Assembly: GCA_021799275.1 (NCBI GenBank) | Contig: JAJZAT010000008.1 | Location: 11,972 to 75,971, forward strand | Direction of reading: 5' to 3' | Source: Bacillota bacterium | GTDB lineage: Bacteria > Bacillota > Sulfobacillia > JAJZYS01 > JAJYTV01 | Length of the DNA stretch: 64,000 bases | The notes under the pieces: model-generated | Told to the model about the DNA's origin: nothing | Seen by the model: only the letters and a program-made list of their open reading frames with translations | Database searches by the model: none | In this document: positions 30,072 through 40,176 of the stretch, in pieces | How positions within the stretch are numbered: the stretch's first letter is position 1 | Layout: each line of letters starts with the position of its first letter | Program-made: the position numbers and the translations under genes

Positions 30072-30980
30072 ATGTCGCTCATGCCACGCCGAGAAGCACC
30101 GCTGCACAGGCCGCAGGCCGAGCCGCGGTTCGAGAGCTACGCGCATCTCGTGTGGCGCCGTTTCCTGCGCCACAGGGTGGCCGTCGCCGCCGCGGTGGTA
30201 CTGCTCCTCATCATGCTGGCCGCCATCCTCGCGCCATGGGTCTCGCCTTACCAGCTCGGCCAGCCGGACCTCGCCGCCATGCTCGCCCCGCCGAGCCTGC
30301 ATCATCCCATGGGCACCGACGACCTCGGCATCGACCTCTTCACGGAGGTGCTGTTCGGCGGGCGCGTCTCGCTGAGCATCGGTGTCTTCGCCGCGCTCGT
30401 GGCCGTCGTCGTCGGAGGCGCGATCGGCTCGATTTCCGGATACTTCGGCAGCCTCGTCGACGCGCTCTTGATGCGCATCACCGACGTCGGCCTCTCGGTG
30501 CCGCTGCTCTTCGTCGTGCTGCTCCTCTCGCTGCTCATCGGGCCCACGCCGGTGAGCATCGTCACGATCATCGGACTGACGTCCTGGATGTACCCGGCAC
30601 GCATCGTGCGCAGCCAGTTCCTCACGCTGAAGAAGCGGGACTTCGTCGAGGCGGCGCGGGCCGTCGGGATGCCGAGCACCCGCATCATCCTGCGCGAGAT
30701 CTTTCCGAACGCCATGGCGCCCTTGATCGTCAACGCGACCCTGCTGGTGGGCCAGGCGATCATCCTCGAGTCCGTGATGAGCTTTCTCGGCGCCGGTCTC
30801 ACCCCGCCGAACATCTCCTGGGGCTACCTGCTGAACCAGGCGCAGTCCTTCACCACGAGCGCCCCCTGGCTCGCGATCTTCCCGGGCCTGATGATCTTCC
30901 TCGTCGTCCTGGCGGTGAACCTGGTCGGAGACGGGCTTAGGGACGCCCTGGACCCGACTTCGAGCCAACGCTCGCACTGA
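30072..30980 (+). CDS. oppC: Opp/Dpp ABC permease C
   Basis: HPMGTD.LG.D, FVEAARAVG, NLVGDGLRDALDP. Confidence 0.92.
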   Translation: MSLMPRREAPLHRPQAEPRFESYAHLVWRRFLRHRVAVAAAVVLLLIMLAAILAPWVSPYQLGQPDLAAMLAPPSLHHPMGTDDLGIDLFTEVLFGGRVSLSIGVFAALVAVVVGGAIGSISGYFGSLVDALLMRITDVGLSVPLLFVVLLLSLLIGPTPVSIVTIIGLTSWMYPARIVRSQFLTLKKRDFVEAARAVGMPSTRIILREIFPNAMAPLIVNATLLVGQAIILESVMSFLGAGLTPPNISWGYLLNQAQSFTTSAPWLAIFPGLMIFLVVLAVNLVGDGLRDALDPTSSQRSH

Positions 30981-31042
30981 AGGGGGGTGTCCAGGACCAG
31001 GCGGCCGAGAACCGCGGAACTTGAGTCATTGGAGGGCACGTC

Positions 31043-32677
31043 ATGCGCGACAAGTGGTGGAAGTCTCTGCTCAGCCCCCTGGCGGCAGCCGGTCTGCTTC
31101 TTGCCGTCGCCGCCCCCGCGATGGGGCCCGCCGCACAGGCGGCCGCGGCAGGCGGAAGCGGGACGATCGTGGACGGGCTCTACGAGGAGCCAGGCAACCT
31201 GAACCCCATCCTCGGCCCGGACATGACCTATTCCCAGATCGTCGACACCGCGATCTTCCGCAACCTCTTCATGATCACGCCGAAGGGCGTCATGGAGCCC
31301 GATCTGGCGTCCGTGGTCCCGACGGTGCAGAACGGTGGCATCTCCAAGAACGGCCTCGTCTACACCTTCCACATCAAGCCGAACGCGAACTGGACGGACG
31401 GGCAGCCCGTGAGCTGCCAGGACATCTACGAAACGTGGAAGGTCGTGACGAACCCGGCCGTGCTCGCCGTGACCCGCCTCGGCTGGGACGACGTCCAAAA
31501 CGTCAAGACGATCAGCCCGAAGGTCTGCCAGGTAGACCTCAAGAAGCCGTTCCCCGCCATCCTGATCGACGACTTTTCCGAAAATCTGCCGGGCCTCATC
31601 CCCTACTCGGTCTTCCACGGCATGACGGCGCCGGAGATCAACACGGCCTCCTTCAACCACGACCCGACGGTGACGGACGGCCCCTACATGTTCCAGTCCT
31701 GGGCCCCTGGGGCTTCGATCACCGTCGTGGCCAACCCGAACTGGTACGGGCCGAAGCCGAAGGAAAGCACCATCGTCTTCAAGATCATCCCCGACGAGAA
31801 CTCGCTGCTCGCCAACGCCCAGGCGCACCAGATCAACACCTACTACTTCGCTCCGATCGAGCAGGCGAAGCAGCTCAAGGCGATCTCCGGCGCGCACGTC
31901 TTCTTCACGCCGATGGCCGCCTGGGAATCCGCCGACATCAACTTCCGCAACCCGGCCCTCAGGGACCGCAACGTACGCGTCGCGCTCGAGATGGCAATCG
32001 ACCGCGAGGCCATCCTGAAGAAGATCTGGCTGGGCTACGGCGTGCTCTCGGCCGCCGACCAGCCGCCGATCATCTGGGCCAACAACCCGAAGCTGAAGCC
32101 TTACTCCTACGATCCCAAGGAGTCGAAGATCCTGCTCGACAAGGCAGGCTGGAAGATGGGCCCGGACGGCTACCGGCACAAGAACGGCAAGACGCTGCAG
32201 CTCGTCTACGCCACGACGTCCGGGAACCCATGGCGCGAGGCCACGGAGCGGCTCGTCCAGTACTGGTTCAAAGAGATCGGCGTGAAGATGGTCATCCACG
32301 ACTATCCCGCCAACGTGTACTTCGGCACGGTGCTGCCCTCCGGCAAGGGCTGGGACCTCGGCGAGTTCGAATGGACGGAGGGATACGACCCCGCCGCGTC
32401 GGAGGAGCAGCTCTACGAGAGCGGTGGCGCGCAGAACTACGGCAACTACTCGAACGCCAAGGTCGACAGGCTCCTGCATGAGCAGGACACGATGCTGAGC
32501 CAGTCGTCGCGCCAGACGGTGCTCCGCCAGGAGCAGGCCATCCTGCACCAGGACCTGCCGGCGCTCTGGTACTACACCCCGGACGAGATCGACGCAGCCA
32601 TCAACCTCAAGGGCTACCAGCCCGACCCCTGGTACGTCGAGACCTGGAACTGCTACGACTGGCAACTGACGCAGTGA
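31043..32677 (+). CDS. oppA: Family 5 peptide ABC substrate-binding protein (no lipobox)
   Basis: EP.NLNP, PDLA, YTFHI..NANWTDG, GPY, VRVAL..AIDR; Ala-rich SPI-type signal peptide. Confidence 0.9.
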   Translation: MRDKWWKSLLSPLAAAGLLLAVAAPAMGPAAQAAAAGGSGTIVDGLYEEPGNLNPILGPDMTYSQIVDTAIFRNLFMITPKGVMEPDLASVVPTVQNGGISKNGLVYTFHIKPNANWTDGQPVSCQDIYETWKVVTNPAVLAVTRLGWDDVQNVKTISPKVCQVDLKKPFPAILIDDFSENLPGLIPYSVFHGMTAPEINTASFNHDPTVTDGPYMFQSWAPGASITVVANPNWYGPKPKESTIVFKIIPDENSLLANAQAHQINTYYFAPIEQAKQLKAISGAHVFFTPMAAWESADINFRNPALRDRNVRVALEMAIDREAILKKIWLGYGVLSAADQPPIIWANNPKLKPYSYDPKESKILLDKAGWKMGPDGYRHKNGKTLQLVYATTSGNPWREATERLVQYWFKEIGVKMVIHDYPANVYFGTVLPSGKGWDLGEFEWTEGYDPAASEEQLYESGGAQNYGNYSNAKVDRLLHEQDTMLSQSSRQTVLRQEQAILHQDLPALWYYTPDEIDAAINLKGYQPDPWYVETWNCYDWQLTQ

Positions 32678-32696
32678 CCCCTGTCCCGTCTCCCCA

Positions 32697-32729
32697 GGAA
32701 GGCGCCCGCCGCTTGCGCGGGCGCCTTCC
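32697..32729 (+). terminator. Hairpin after oppA
   Basis: GGAAGGCGCCCGC...GCGGGCGCCTTCC. Confidence 0.65.
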
Positions 32730-32822
32730 CCATTGCCCCGGCCGACCTGTCACGCCATGCTGACCCAACCCTGCCGCTCGGCTACAATATGTCCCAGACA
32801 GAGGGCGGAGGGGGCCGTTGCG

Positions 32823-33497
32823 ATGCGTGTCCTGGTGGTGGAGGACGATCCTTCCCTGGGCGCCACCTTGCGCCTTGGGCTGACGTCCGAAGGCTTCGAG
32901 CCCACGATCACCGGCTCGGTCGCCGACACGCTGGCGCTACTCGAGCGCAGCACCTTCCAGCTGGCCCTGGTCGACGTCAACCTGCCGGATGGATCCGGCT
33001 TCGCCCTGGTGCCCCGCCTCAAGGACCGCGGCATCATGGTGATCATGCTGACCGCCCGCGGCAGCGTTCCCGACCGCGTGCACGGCTTCGAGCTGGGCGC
33101 GGACGACTACGTCGCGAAGCCCTTTGCGTTCGAGGAACTCGTGATGCGCATGCGCGCCGTCGCTCGCAGGCCCGTCCCGGAGGACAAGCTGCCGGTGCTG
33201 AGCTTCGCCGACGTCGAGGTGCACCTCGAGCGCCAGCAGGCGCTGCGCGCCGGGCAACCGCTCGATCTCACCCGGCGCGAATACGACCTGCTCTGCTTCT
33301 TCCTGCGCAACCAGCGCCGTGTCCTGACCCGCGAGCAGATCCTCGAGCGCGTCTGGGGCTTCGACGCGGAGGTCGGCGAAGGTGTGCTCGACGTGTACAT
33401 CAGCTACCTCCGGCGTAAACTCGAAGCTCTCGGGCCGCGTCTAATCCACACGGTGCGCGGCTTCGGCTACCGCCTGGACGAGCATGGCGAAGGCTGA
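32823..33497 (+). CDS. OmpR-family response regulator (MprA/ArlR-like)
   Basis: VVEDD, D phosphosite in LVDVNLP, LTA, GADDYVAKPF, TVRGFGY. Confidence 0.95.
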   Translation: MRVLVVEDDPSLGATLRLGLTSEGFEPTITGSVADTLALLERSTFQLALVDVNLPDGSGFALVPRLKDRGIMVIMLTARGSVPDRVHGFELGADDYVAKPFAFEELVMRMRAVARRPVPEDKLPVLSFADVEVHLERQQALRAGQPLDLTRREYDLLCFFLRNQRRVLTREQILERVWGFDAEVGEGVLDVYISYLRRKLEALGPRLIHTVRGFGYRLDEHGEG

Positions 33498-34767
33498 ACG
33501 CCGCCTGCACAGCCTGAGCCGCCGCCTGCTGGTGGCCATGGTGGCGCTGGTTGGCGCATCCCTCCTGCTGGCAGACTTCGGCGCCGTCTATTTCCTGCGC
33601 AGCGTGCTCGTGCGCAACCTGCAGACCCAGCTCGTGGCCTCGGCCCACTCCACGGTGGGCTTCTACCTGCATACGGGTGCGGTGCCGGCCCGCCTGCCGC
33701 TCGGCGAGTCGATCGCCATCTACGGCCCGGGCGGCCACAGGGCTTTCTCGGTCGGGGACGTGCCGGGGACACCGCCGCCGCTCGGCGTGAGCCAGCAGTC
33801 GCGCAGTCTCCGCTACACGTTCCCGGTGCCGGGCGGCCTGTTCCTCGAGCAGATCAACATGACGAGCGTCGATCGGCCGGTGCACATCCTCGAGGGCGTC
33901 CTCGCGCTCGTGACGCTCGCCGCCGTGCTGCTGGCGGCCCTCGTCGCCGAGGGCGTGGCACGGGGCCTGACGGCGCCACTCTCCTCGCTCTCGGCGGAAG
34001 CCACGCGCATCAGCGAAACGGGGGACCTCGAGACCAGCCTGCCGACGAGCCATGGCGTGCGCGAGATCCGAGATCTCGCCGAAGCCCTGCAGCATATGCT
34101 CAGCCGCCTTGGCCAGATGTTCGGGGCCCTCGAAGCCTCCGAGCAGCGCGAGCGGGCTCTGCGCGAGATGACCCTGCACGACCTCAGGACACCCCTATCG
34201 ACGGTGCTGGGCACCCTCGAGCTTCTCGCCGGCGGCCGTCTCAAGGGCAACGCCGCGGTGGAGGCCGCGGCGCTCGCGCAGCGCGAGGCCGCGCGGCTCG
34301 CGGCCCGCATCCGCGATCTCGACGCGAAGGAGGCCGAGGCCCTCTCGGACCTCGCCCAGGCGGTGCGCCGCGCCGCACGCGGCCACCACCTCTCGGAGGG
34401 AGCGCAAGAAACCTGGATCGGCGCGCCCGCCGCGGAGGTCGGGCAGGTCCTCGACCTCCTCGTCGACAACGCGGTGCGTCACAATCCGGAGGGCACCGAG
34501 ATCGAGCTCGGCTGGCGGCAGGACGAGGACATGGCCGTGGCATGGGTCCGAGACCACGGCGTGGGCATGAGCGTGGAGACGGCCGAGCACGCGTTCGAGC
34601 GCTTCTACCGCGGCGACAGGGCGGGCGGGCTCGGGCTCGGGCTCTCGCTCGCCCGCGTACTCGTAGAGTCCAGGGGCGGCACGGTTACGCTTGAGACGAG
34701 CCAGGGGCACGGCACGACCGTGGAAGTGCGCTGGCCCATCGCGCCGCCAGCCGAGACCGAGGCCTAG
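33484..34767 (+). CDS. Sensor histidine kinase (2 TM, HAMP, HisKA, HATPase)
   Basis: HDLRTPL, DNAVRH, DHGVG, FERFYR, GLGLGL. Confidence 0.92.
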   Translation: MAKAERRLHSLSRRLLVAMVALVGASLLLADFGAVYFLRSVLVRNLQTQLVASAHSTVGFYLHTGAVPARLPLGESIAIYGPGGHRAFSVGDVPGTPPPLGVSQQSRSLRYTFPVPGGLFLEQINMTSVDRPVHILEGVLALVTLAAVLLAALVAEGVARGLTAPLSSLSAEATRISETGDLETSLPTSHGVREIRDLAEALQHMLSRLGQMFGALEASEQRERALREMTLHDLRTPLSTVLGTLELLAGGRLKGNAAVEAAALAQREAARLAARIRDLDAKEAEALSDLAQAVRRAARGHHLSEGAQETWIGAPAAEVGQVLDLLVDNAVRHNPEGTEIELGWRQDEDMAVAWVRDHGVGMSVETAEHAFERFYRGDRAGGLGLGLSLARVLVESRGGTVTLETSQGHGTTVEVRWPIAPPAETEA

Positions 34768-34860
34768 GCAAGGGGCCCGGAGGTTCCTTCCAGCGCAGCG
34801 AACGGCGGATGCGGGCATGCTTTGCACGTATCCCAGTTCCAAGCCAAGGGAGGAGACGAA

Positions 34861-35487
34861 TTGAAGCACGGCACGCGCTGGCTCGGCCTGCTGCTCGCCC
34901 TGCCGCTCGCCCTGAGCAGCGTGGCGATGGCGGCCGCTGCCCCCGCGCAGGGCAACCACGCCCGCAAGAGTTTCATCTCGGATGTCGCGCGGCACCTGGG
35001 CGTTTCCGAGCGCAAGCTGAAGGACGCCGTCACGCAGGCGCGCCTCGACAGGGTCCGCGGTCTCTTGCAGGAAGGAAAGATCACCCAAAGCCAGGCCTCC
35101 GAGCTCGAACGGCAGATCAAGATCGGCCGGAGCGGCATGCGCGGCATGCACCACCATGGCCGGACGCTCGGTCAGACCATGATGGTGGTGGACGCCGCAA
35201 CCTATCTCGGGCTCACGCCGGACGCCCTCGTCACGCGCCTGAGCCAGGGCGAGACGCCCGCGGCCGTCGCGACCGCCCAGGGCAAGACGGCCGCGGGGCT
35301 CGAAGCGGCGCTCTTGGCGGGAGCCAGGCAGCGTGCCGACCTGGCGGTCAAGTCGGGTCATCTGACGCAGCAGCAGGCGCAGGCGCTAGAGTCCCGCCTC
35401 GCGCAGCACGTCCACAGCTTCGTCAGCGGCGAGTGGCAGAAGGCCAGAGGACCAAAGCCTGTGGCGCCCCCGACAAGCCCCGCGTAA
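34861..35487 (+). CDS. Secreted helical hypothetical protein
   Basis: TTG after GGAGG; signal peptide; repeated VARHLGVS/AATYLGLT and GKITQSQA/GHLTQQQA units. Confidence 0.8.
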   Translation: MKHGTRWLGLLLALPLALSSVAMAAAAPAQGNHARKSFISDVARHLGVSERKLKDAVTQARLDRVRGLLQEGKITQSQASELERQIKIGRSGMRGMHHHGRTLGQTMMVVDAATYLGLTPDALVTRLSQGETPAAVATAQGKTAAGLEAALLAGARQRADLAVKSGHLTQQQAQALESRLAQHVHSFVSGEWQKARGPKPVAPPTSPA

Positions 35488-35604
35488 GGCGCATCCACGT
35501 GAGACGGCGGCAGGTCTTCGGACCAGCCGCCGTCGCGCTGCCTGCAGGACGCGGCCCGAGGCTGAAGAACTTGGGGCCACAAGCAGTCCCGGGGGAGTAG
35601 GGGC

Positions 35605-36396
35605 ATGGCCGAGCAGGCACTCGAGGGTCGGCGCGCGCTCGTAAGCGGCGCCGCGAGCGGCATCGGCTACGCGGTGGCGGAGACCCTGGCACGGCAGGGG
35701 GCCCGGGTGATGGTCGCCGATCTGCGGGGCGATGCCGCACACGAGGCGGCCAAGGCGATTCAGGTGGCCAGCGGCGCCGAGACGCGGGCGATCCAGGCGG
35801 ACGCCGCGCGGGAAGAGGACGTGCGCAAAGCCATCGATCAGATGCAGGAGCGTTTCGGCGGCATCGACATCCTGGTCTCCAACGCGGGCCGGCAGCATGT
35901 CGCCATGATCGAGGACTTCCCGGTCGACACCTTCCGGGCCATCGTCGACCTGATGCTGATCGGGCCCTTTCTGGCGCTCAAGTACGCCCTGCCGCTGATG
36001 CGCGCGCAGCGCTCCGGCCGCATCCTGCACATGGCCTCGATCAACGGCCTTGTCGGCTTCGCCGGCAAGGCCGCCTACAATTCGGCGAAACACGGTCTCC
36101 TCGGGCTCACCAAGGTGGCCGCCCTCGAGTGCGCCGCAGACGGCGTCACCGTCAATGCGATCTGCCCCGGCTACGTCGACACGCCGCTCGTGCGCGGCCA
36201 GCTCGAGGATCTGGCGGCGACGCGCGGCGTGCCGGTGGAACGGGTCCTGGAGGAGGTCATCTACCCGCTCGTGCCCCAGCGGCGCCTGCTGCAGCCCGCC
36301 GAGGTGGCGGCCTATGCCGCCTTCCTCTGCTCCGACGCCGCGGCGGGCGTTACTGGCCAGGCGGTCGTGATCGACGGAGGCTACCTGGCGCAGTAG
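35605..36396 (+). CDS. bdhA: 3-hydroxybutyrate dehydrogenase (SDR)
   Basis: GAASGIG, NAGRQH, KAAYNSAKHG, CPGYVDTPLV.GQ. Confidence 0.9.
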   Translation: MAEQALEGRRALVSGAASGIGYAVAETLARQGARVMVADLRGDAAHEAAKAIQVASGAETRAIQADAAREEDVRKAIDQMQERFGGIDILVSNAGRQHVAMIEDFPVDTFRAIVDLMLIGPFLALKYALPLMRAQRSGRILHMASINGLVGFAGKAAYNSAKHGLLGLTKVAALECAADGVTVNAICPGYVDTPLVRGQLEDLAATRGVPVERVLEEVIYPLVPQRRLLQPAEVAAYAAFLCSDAAAGVTGQAVVIDGGYLAQ

Positions 36397-36411
36397 CGCT
36401 CGAGGTAGCCT

Positions 36412-37194
<783 letters not shown>

Positions 37195-37262
37195 GAGCGA
37201 CCCTCCCGCTGCATGCCTGTCACCTTGACGCTACGCCATCGCGACAGGATGCGGAAGTGTCT

Positions 37263-38576
37263 TCACGTCTCGTTCGCGATCTCCTCGAGCGTCAGCCCTC
37301 GCGTCTCCCTGCCCACCAGCGCCGAGGCGACGAGCGCGACGAGCTGCGCCGCCGCGAAGATCGTGAAGATGCCGACGGTGCCGAGATGGTCCGTGAGGAG
37401 GTAACCGACCAGAAGCGGTCCGGCGACGCCGCCGATCCGGCCGACGCCCATGGCGAAGCCGTTGCCGCGCGCGCGAATCAGCGTCGGATACTGCTCACTC
37501 GTGTAGGCGTAGGTGGCTCCCCAGGCACCGAGGTTCATGAAACCCAGGATGCACCCGAACAGCAACACCTGGCCGGAGTTGGCCGCGAAGCCGAAGGCGG
37601 TCGCCGCGCCGGCCGCGAGCAGCAGGTACGTCAGGAGCACGGGGCGCCGGCCCCACCGCTCGACGAGCCACGCGGCGGAGAGGTAGCCGGGGATCTCGCA
37701 GAGGGTGACGAGCAGCACGTAGAGGAAGCTGTGCACGAGGGTCATGCCGCGCAGGGCGAGCACGGACGGCAGCCAGAGGAACATGCCGTAGTAGGCGAAG
37801 TTCATCATCAGCCAGAGAATCCAGAGTGAAATGGTGGTCCGGCGGTGCTCAGGCCCGAGGAGCCTCTTGAGCGGCACCTTCTCGGAAAGCGGGGAGCGGC
37901 TCGCCGACGCCGGACGTTCTCCGCTCGCCATCCGTGTCACGAGGGCCGCCTCGTCACGGGCGCCGACCTGCCAGAGATACCGCGGCGACTCCGGGATGCC
38001 ACGGCGCAGATAGATGGTGTAGAGCGCCGGGAGGGCGCCGATGAAAAAGCCGATCCGCCAGCCGAACTCCGGGATGAGGAAGTAGGCGAGCACCGCCGCC
38101 ACGAGCGAGCCGAGGGCCCAGAAACTCTCGAGCCAGACGACGCCCCTGCCGCGCACGCCGGACGGCAGGAACTCCGCGACGAGGGTGGTCGTGACCGGCA
38201 GTTCCCCACCGAGCCCGAGGCCGACGACGAAGCGCATGACGATCAGGAACAGGGCGGAGGTGGCGAGACCGGCGACACCTGTGGCGATGCTGTAGAGCAC
38301 CAACGTCCAGAGGAAGACCGTCCTGCGCCCGTACCGGTCCGCAAAGCTGCCGGCCAGGGCCGCCCCCACCGCCATGCCGACCAGGTTGATGCTGCCCATG
38401 ACCCCGATCGTCAGCGGTCCGAGCTTCCAGGCCAGGATCAGGGCGGCCATAACGAACGAGAGAATGCCCACGTCCATGGCATCGAACAGAATCCCGAGTC
38501 CCCCTACGACGATCAGCCGACGATGAAACGGGCCGAGCCGCATCGCATCGAGACGTCTGCGCACGTCAACGCTCAT
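37263..38576 (-). CDS. MFS transporter (NiaP/YceI-like)
   Basis: FDAMD, ADRYGRR, GLGGELP, LESFWA, YYGMFLWLP, EQYPT..R. Confidence 0.88.
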   Translation of the reverse strand: MSVDVRRRLDAMRLGPFHRRLIVVGGLGILFDAMDVGILSFVMAALILAWKLGPLTIGVMGSINLVGMAVGAALAGSFADRYGRRTVFLWTLVLYSIATGVAGLATSALFLIVMRFVVGLGLGGELPVTTTLVAEFLPSGVRGRGVVWLESFWALGSLVAAVLAYFLIPEFGWRIGFFIGALPALYTIYLRRGIPESPRYLWQVGARDEAALVTRMASGERPASASRSPLSEKVPLKRLLGPEHRRTTISLWILWLMMNFAYYGMFLWLPSVLALRGMTLVHSFLYVLLVTLCEIPGYLSAAWLVERWGRRPVLLTYLLLAAGAATAFGFAANSGQVLLFGCILGFMNLGAWGATYAYTSEQYPTLIRARGNGFAMGVGRIGGVAGPLLVGYLLTDHLGTVGIFTIFAAAQLVALVASALVGRETRGLTLEEIANET

Positions 38577-38771
38577 AGCCTCTCTCCTTTCCAGAGCCAT
38601 GGCTATGCAGGGCGGCGAAAACGGCCACCGTGGGCGCCCCAAGGACCGCGCCGCACGGCTTTCGCAGGACCCGTGCGGCGCGGTCCGGCCCCAAGGCCAC
38701 CGGGCTTTGGGCATGAGCTGTCATGGAATGCCGCCAAGCTGTCGTGCGGCTGCGAATGCCACGGCTCAGGT

Positions 38772-38796
38772 AGGATCACCGTGCGCGCTATAGAAT
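38772..38796 (+). promoter_or_regulatory. SigH-like promoter (one of at least 7 copies)
   Basis: AGGA-N17-GAAT; also at 15146, 41240, 60052 (AGGT), 35546, 14013 and 8402-8426 (minus strand). Confidence 0.6.
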
Positions 38797-38846
38797 CCCA
38801 TCTCCCAGATTCCGGCCGGCGAACCGGCCAGAAGGAGAGAAGGCCT

Positions 38847-40100
38847 ATCTTCGATCTGGTGCTGAGAAACGCCAATCTGGACGGACAAGCTGTCGACCTC
38901 GCGGTGCAGGACGGACGCATCGCGGCCATCGGCCAGGGCATCGGCGAGGGAGCAAGGGAGATCGACGCCCAAGGGCGGATGGTCTCGCCACCGCTGATCG
39001 AGTCCCATGTGCACCTCGACACGACGCTGACGGCGGGCGAGCCCAAGTGGAACGAGAGCGGCACGCTGTTCGAGGGCATCGCCACATGGGCCCTGCGCAA
39101 GGAATCCCTCACGGAGGAGGACGTCATCCGCCGCGCCACGGAGCTCCTGCGCTGGCAGGCGGCGCAGGGCGTTCTCTACGTGCGCTCGCACGTCGACACC
39201 ACGGATCCGGATCTCACGGCCGTCAAGGCTTTGCTCGCGGTCAAGCAGAAGGTGAAGGATCTCGTCGAGCTCCAGCTCGTCGCCTTCCCGCAGGAGGGCA
39301 TCCTCTCCTACCCGCAGGGCGCGGAGCTGCTCGAGGAGGCCTTGAGGCTCGGTGTCGACGTGGTCGGGGGCATCCCCCACTACGAGCTGACGCGCGACAT
39401 GGGCCTGGAGTCGGTCAAGATCACCTTCCAGCTCGCCGAGAAGTACGACCGCCGGATCGACATCCACTGCGACGAGACGGACGACCCGCAGTCCCGCTTC
39501 CTCGAGGTGGTCGCCGCGGAGACGATCCGCAGAGGCATGGGCAGCCGCGTCACGGCCAGCCACACCACCGCCTTCGGCAGCTACGACGACGCCTACGCCT
39601 TCAAGCTGATGGGCTTCCTGCGCCGCGCGGACCTGAACTTCGTCGCCAACCCGCTCGTCAATATCACCCTGCAGGGGCGCATGGACACCTACCCCAAGCG
39701 CCGGGGCATGACCCGCGTCAAGGAGCTCTGGCAGAACGGCCTCAACGTCAGCCTGGGGTACGACGACGTCATGGACCCCTGGTACTCCCTCGGCACGGGC
39801 AACATGCTCCAGCCCGCGCACATGGCCGTCCATGTCGGACAGATGACCGGCCGCAAGGAGGTCATGGCCTGCTACGACATGGTGACCCGCAACGCGGCCC
39901 GCACCCTTGGGGTGGAGGAGCGCTACGGACTCGAAGTCGGCAGACCGGCGGACTTCATCGTGCTCGACGCGCCCGACGCCTGGGACGTCCTGCGCCGGCT
40001 GGCCACCGTGACCGCCGTCGTCAAGGGCGGGCGCCTGATCGCGGAGGCGAGGCCCCCCGAGGTGCGCCTGCTTGGCGAGACCGTCACCTTCCAGCGCTGA
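38847..40100 (+). CDS. codA: Cytosine deaminase (amidohydrolase family); probable ATC start
   Basis: ESHVHLD, N.SGTLFEGI, AFPQEG, GGIPH, HCDE, ASH, DDVMDPWY. Confidence 0.92.
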   Translation: MFDLVLRNANLDGQAVDLAVQDGRIAAIGQGIGEGAREIDAQGRMVSPPLIESHVHLDTTLTAGEPKWNESGTLFEGIATWALRKESLTEEDVIRRATELLRWQAAQGVLYVRSHVDTTDPDLTAVKALLAVKQKVKDLVELQLVAFPQEGILSYPQGAELLEEALRLGVDVVGGIPHYELTRDMGLESVKITFQLAEKYDRRIDIHCDETDDPQSRFLEVVAAETIRRGMGSRVTASHTTAFGSYDDAYAFKLMGFLRRADLNFVANPLVNITLQGRMDTYPKRRGMTRVKELWQNGLNVSLGYDDVMDPWYSLGTGNMLQPAHMAVHVGQMTGRKEVMACYDMVTRNAARTLGVEERYGLEVGRPADFIVLDAPDAWDVLRRLATVTAVVKGGRLIAEARPPEVRLLGETVTFQR

Positions 40101-40176
40101 GCCGCGCCGGTCCCCCGGGCCGGGAAAGATGAGGCGGCCCGAGACCCATAGGGTCCCGGGCCGCCTCGCTTGCCTT

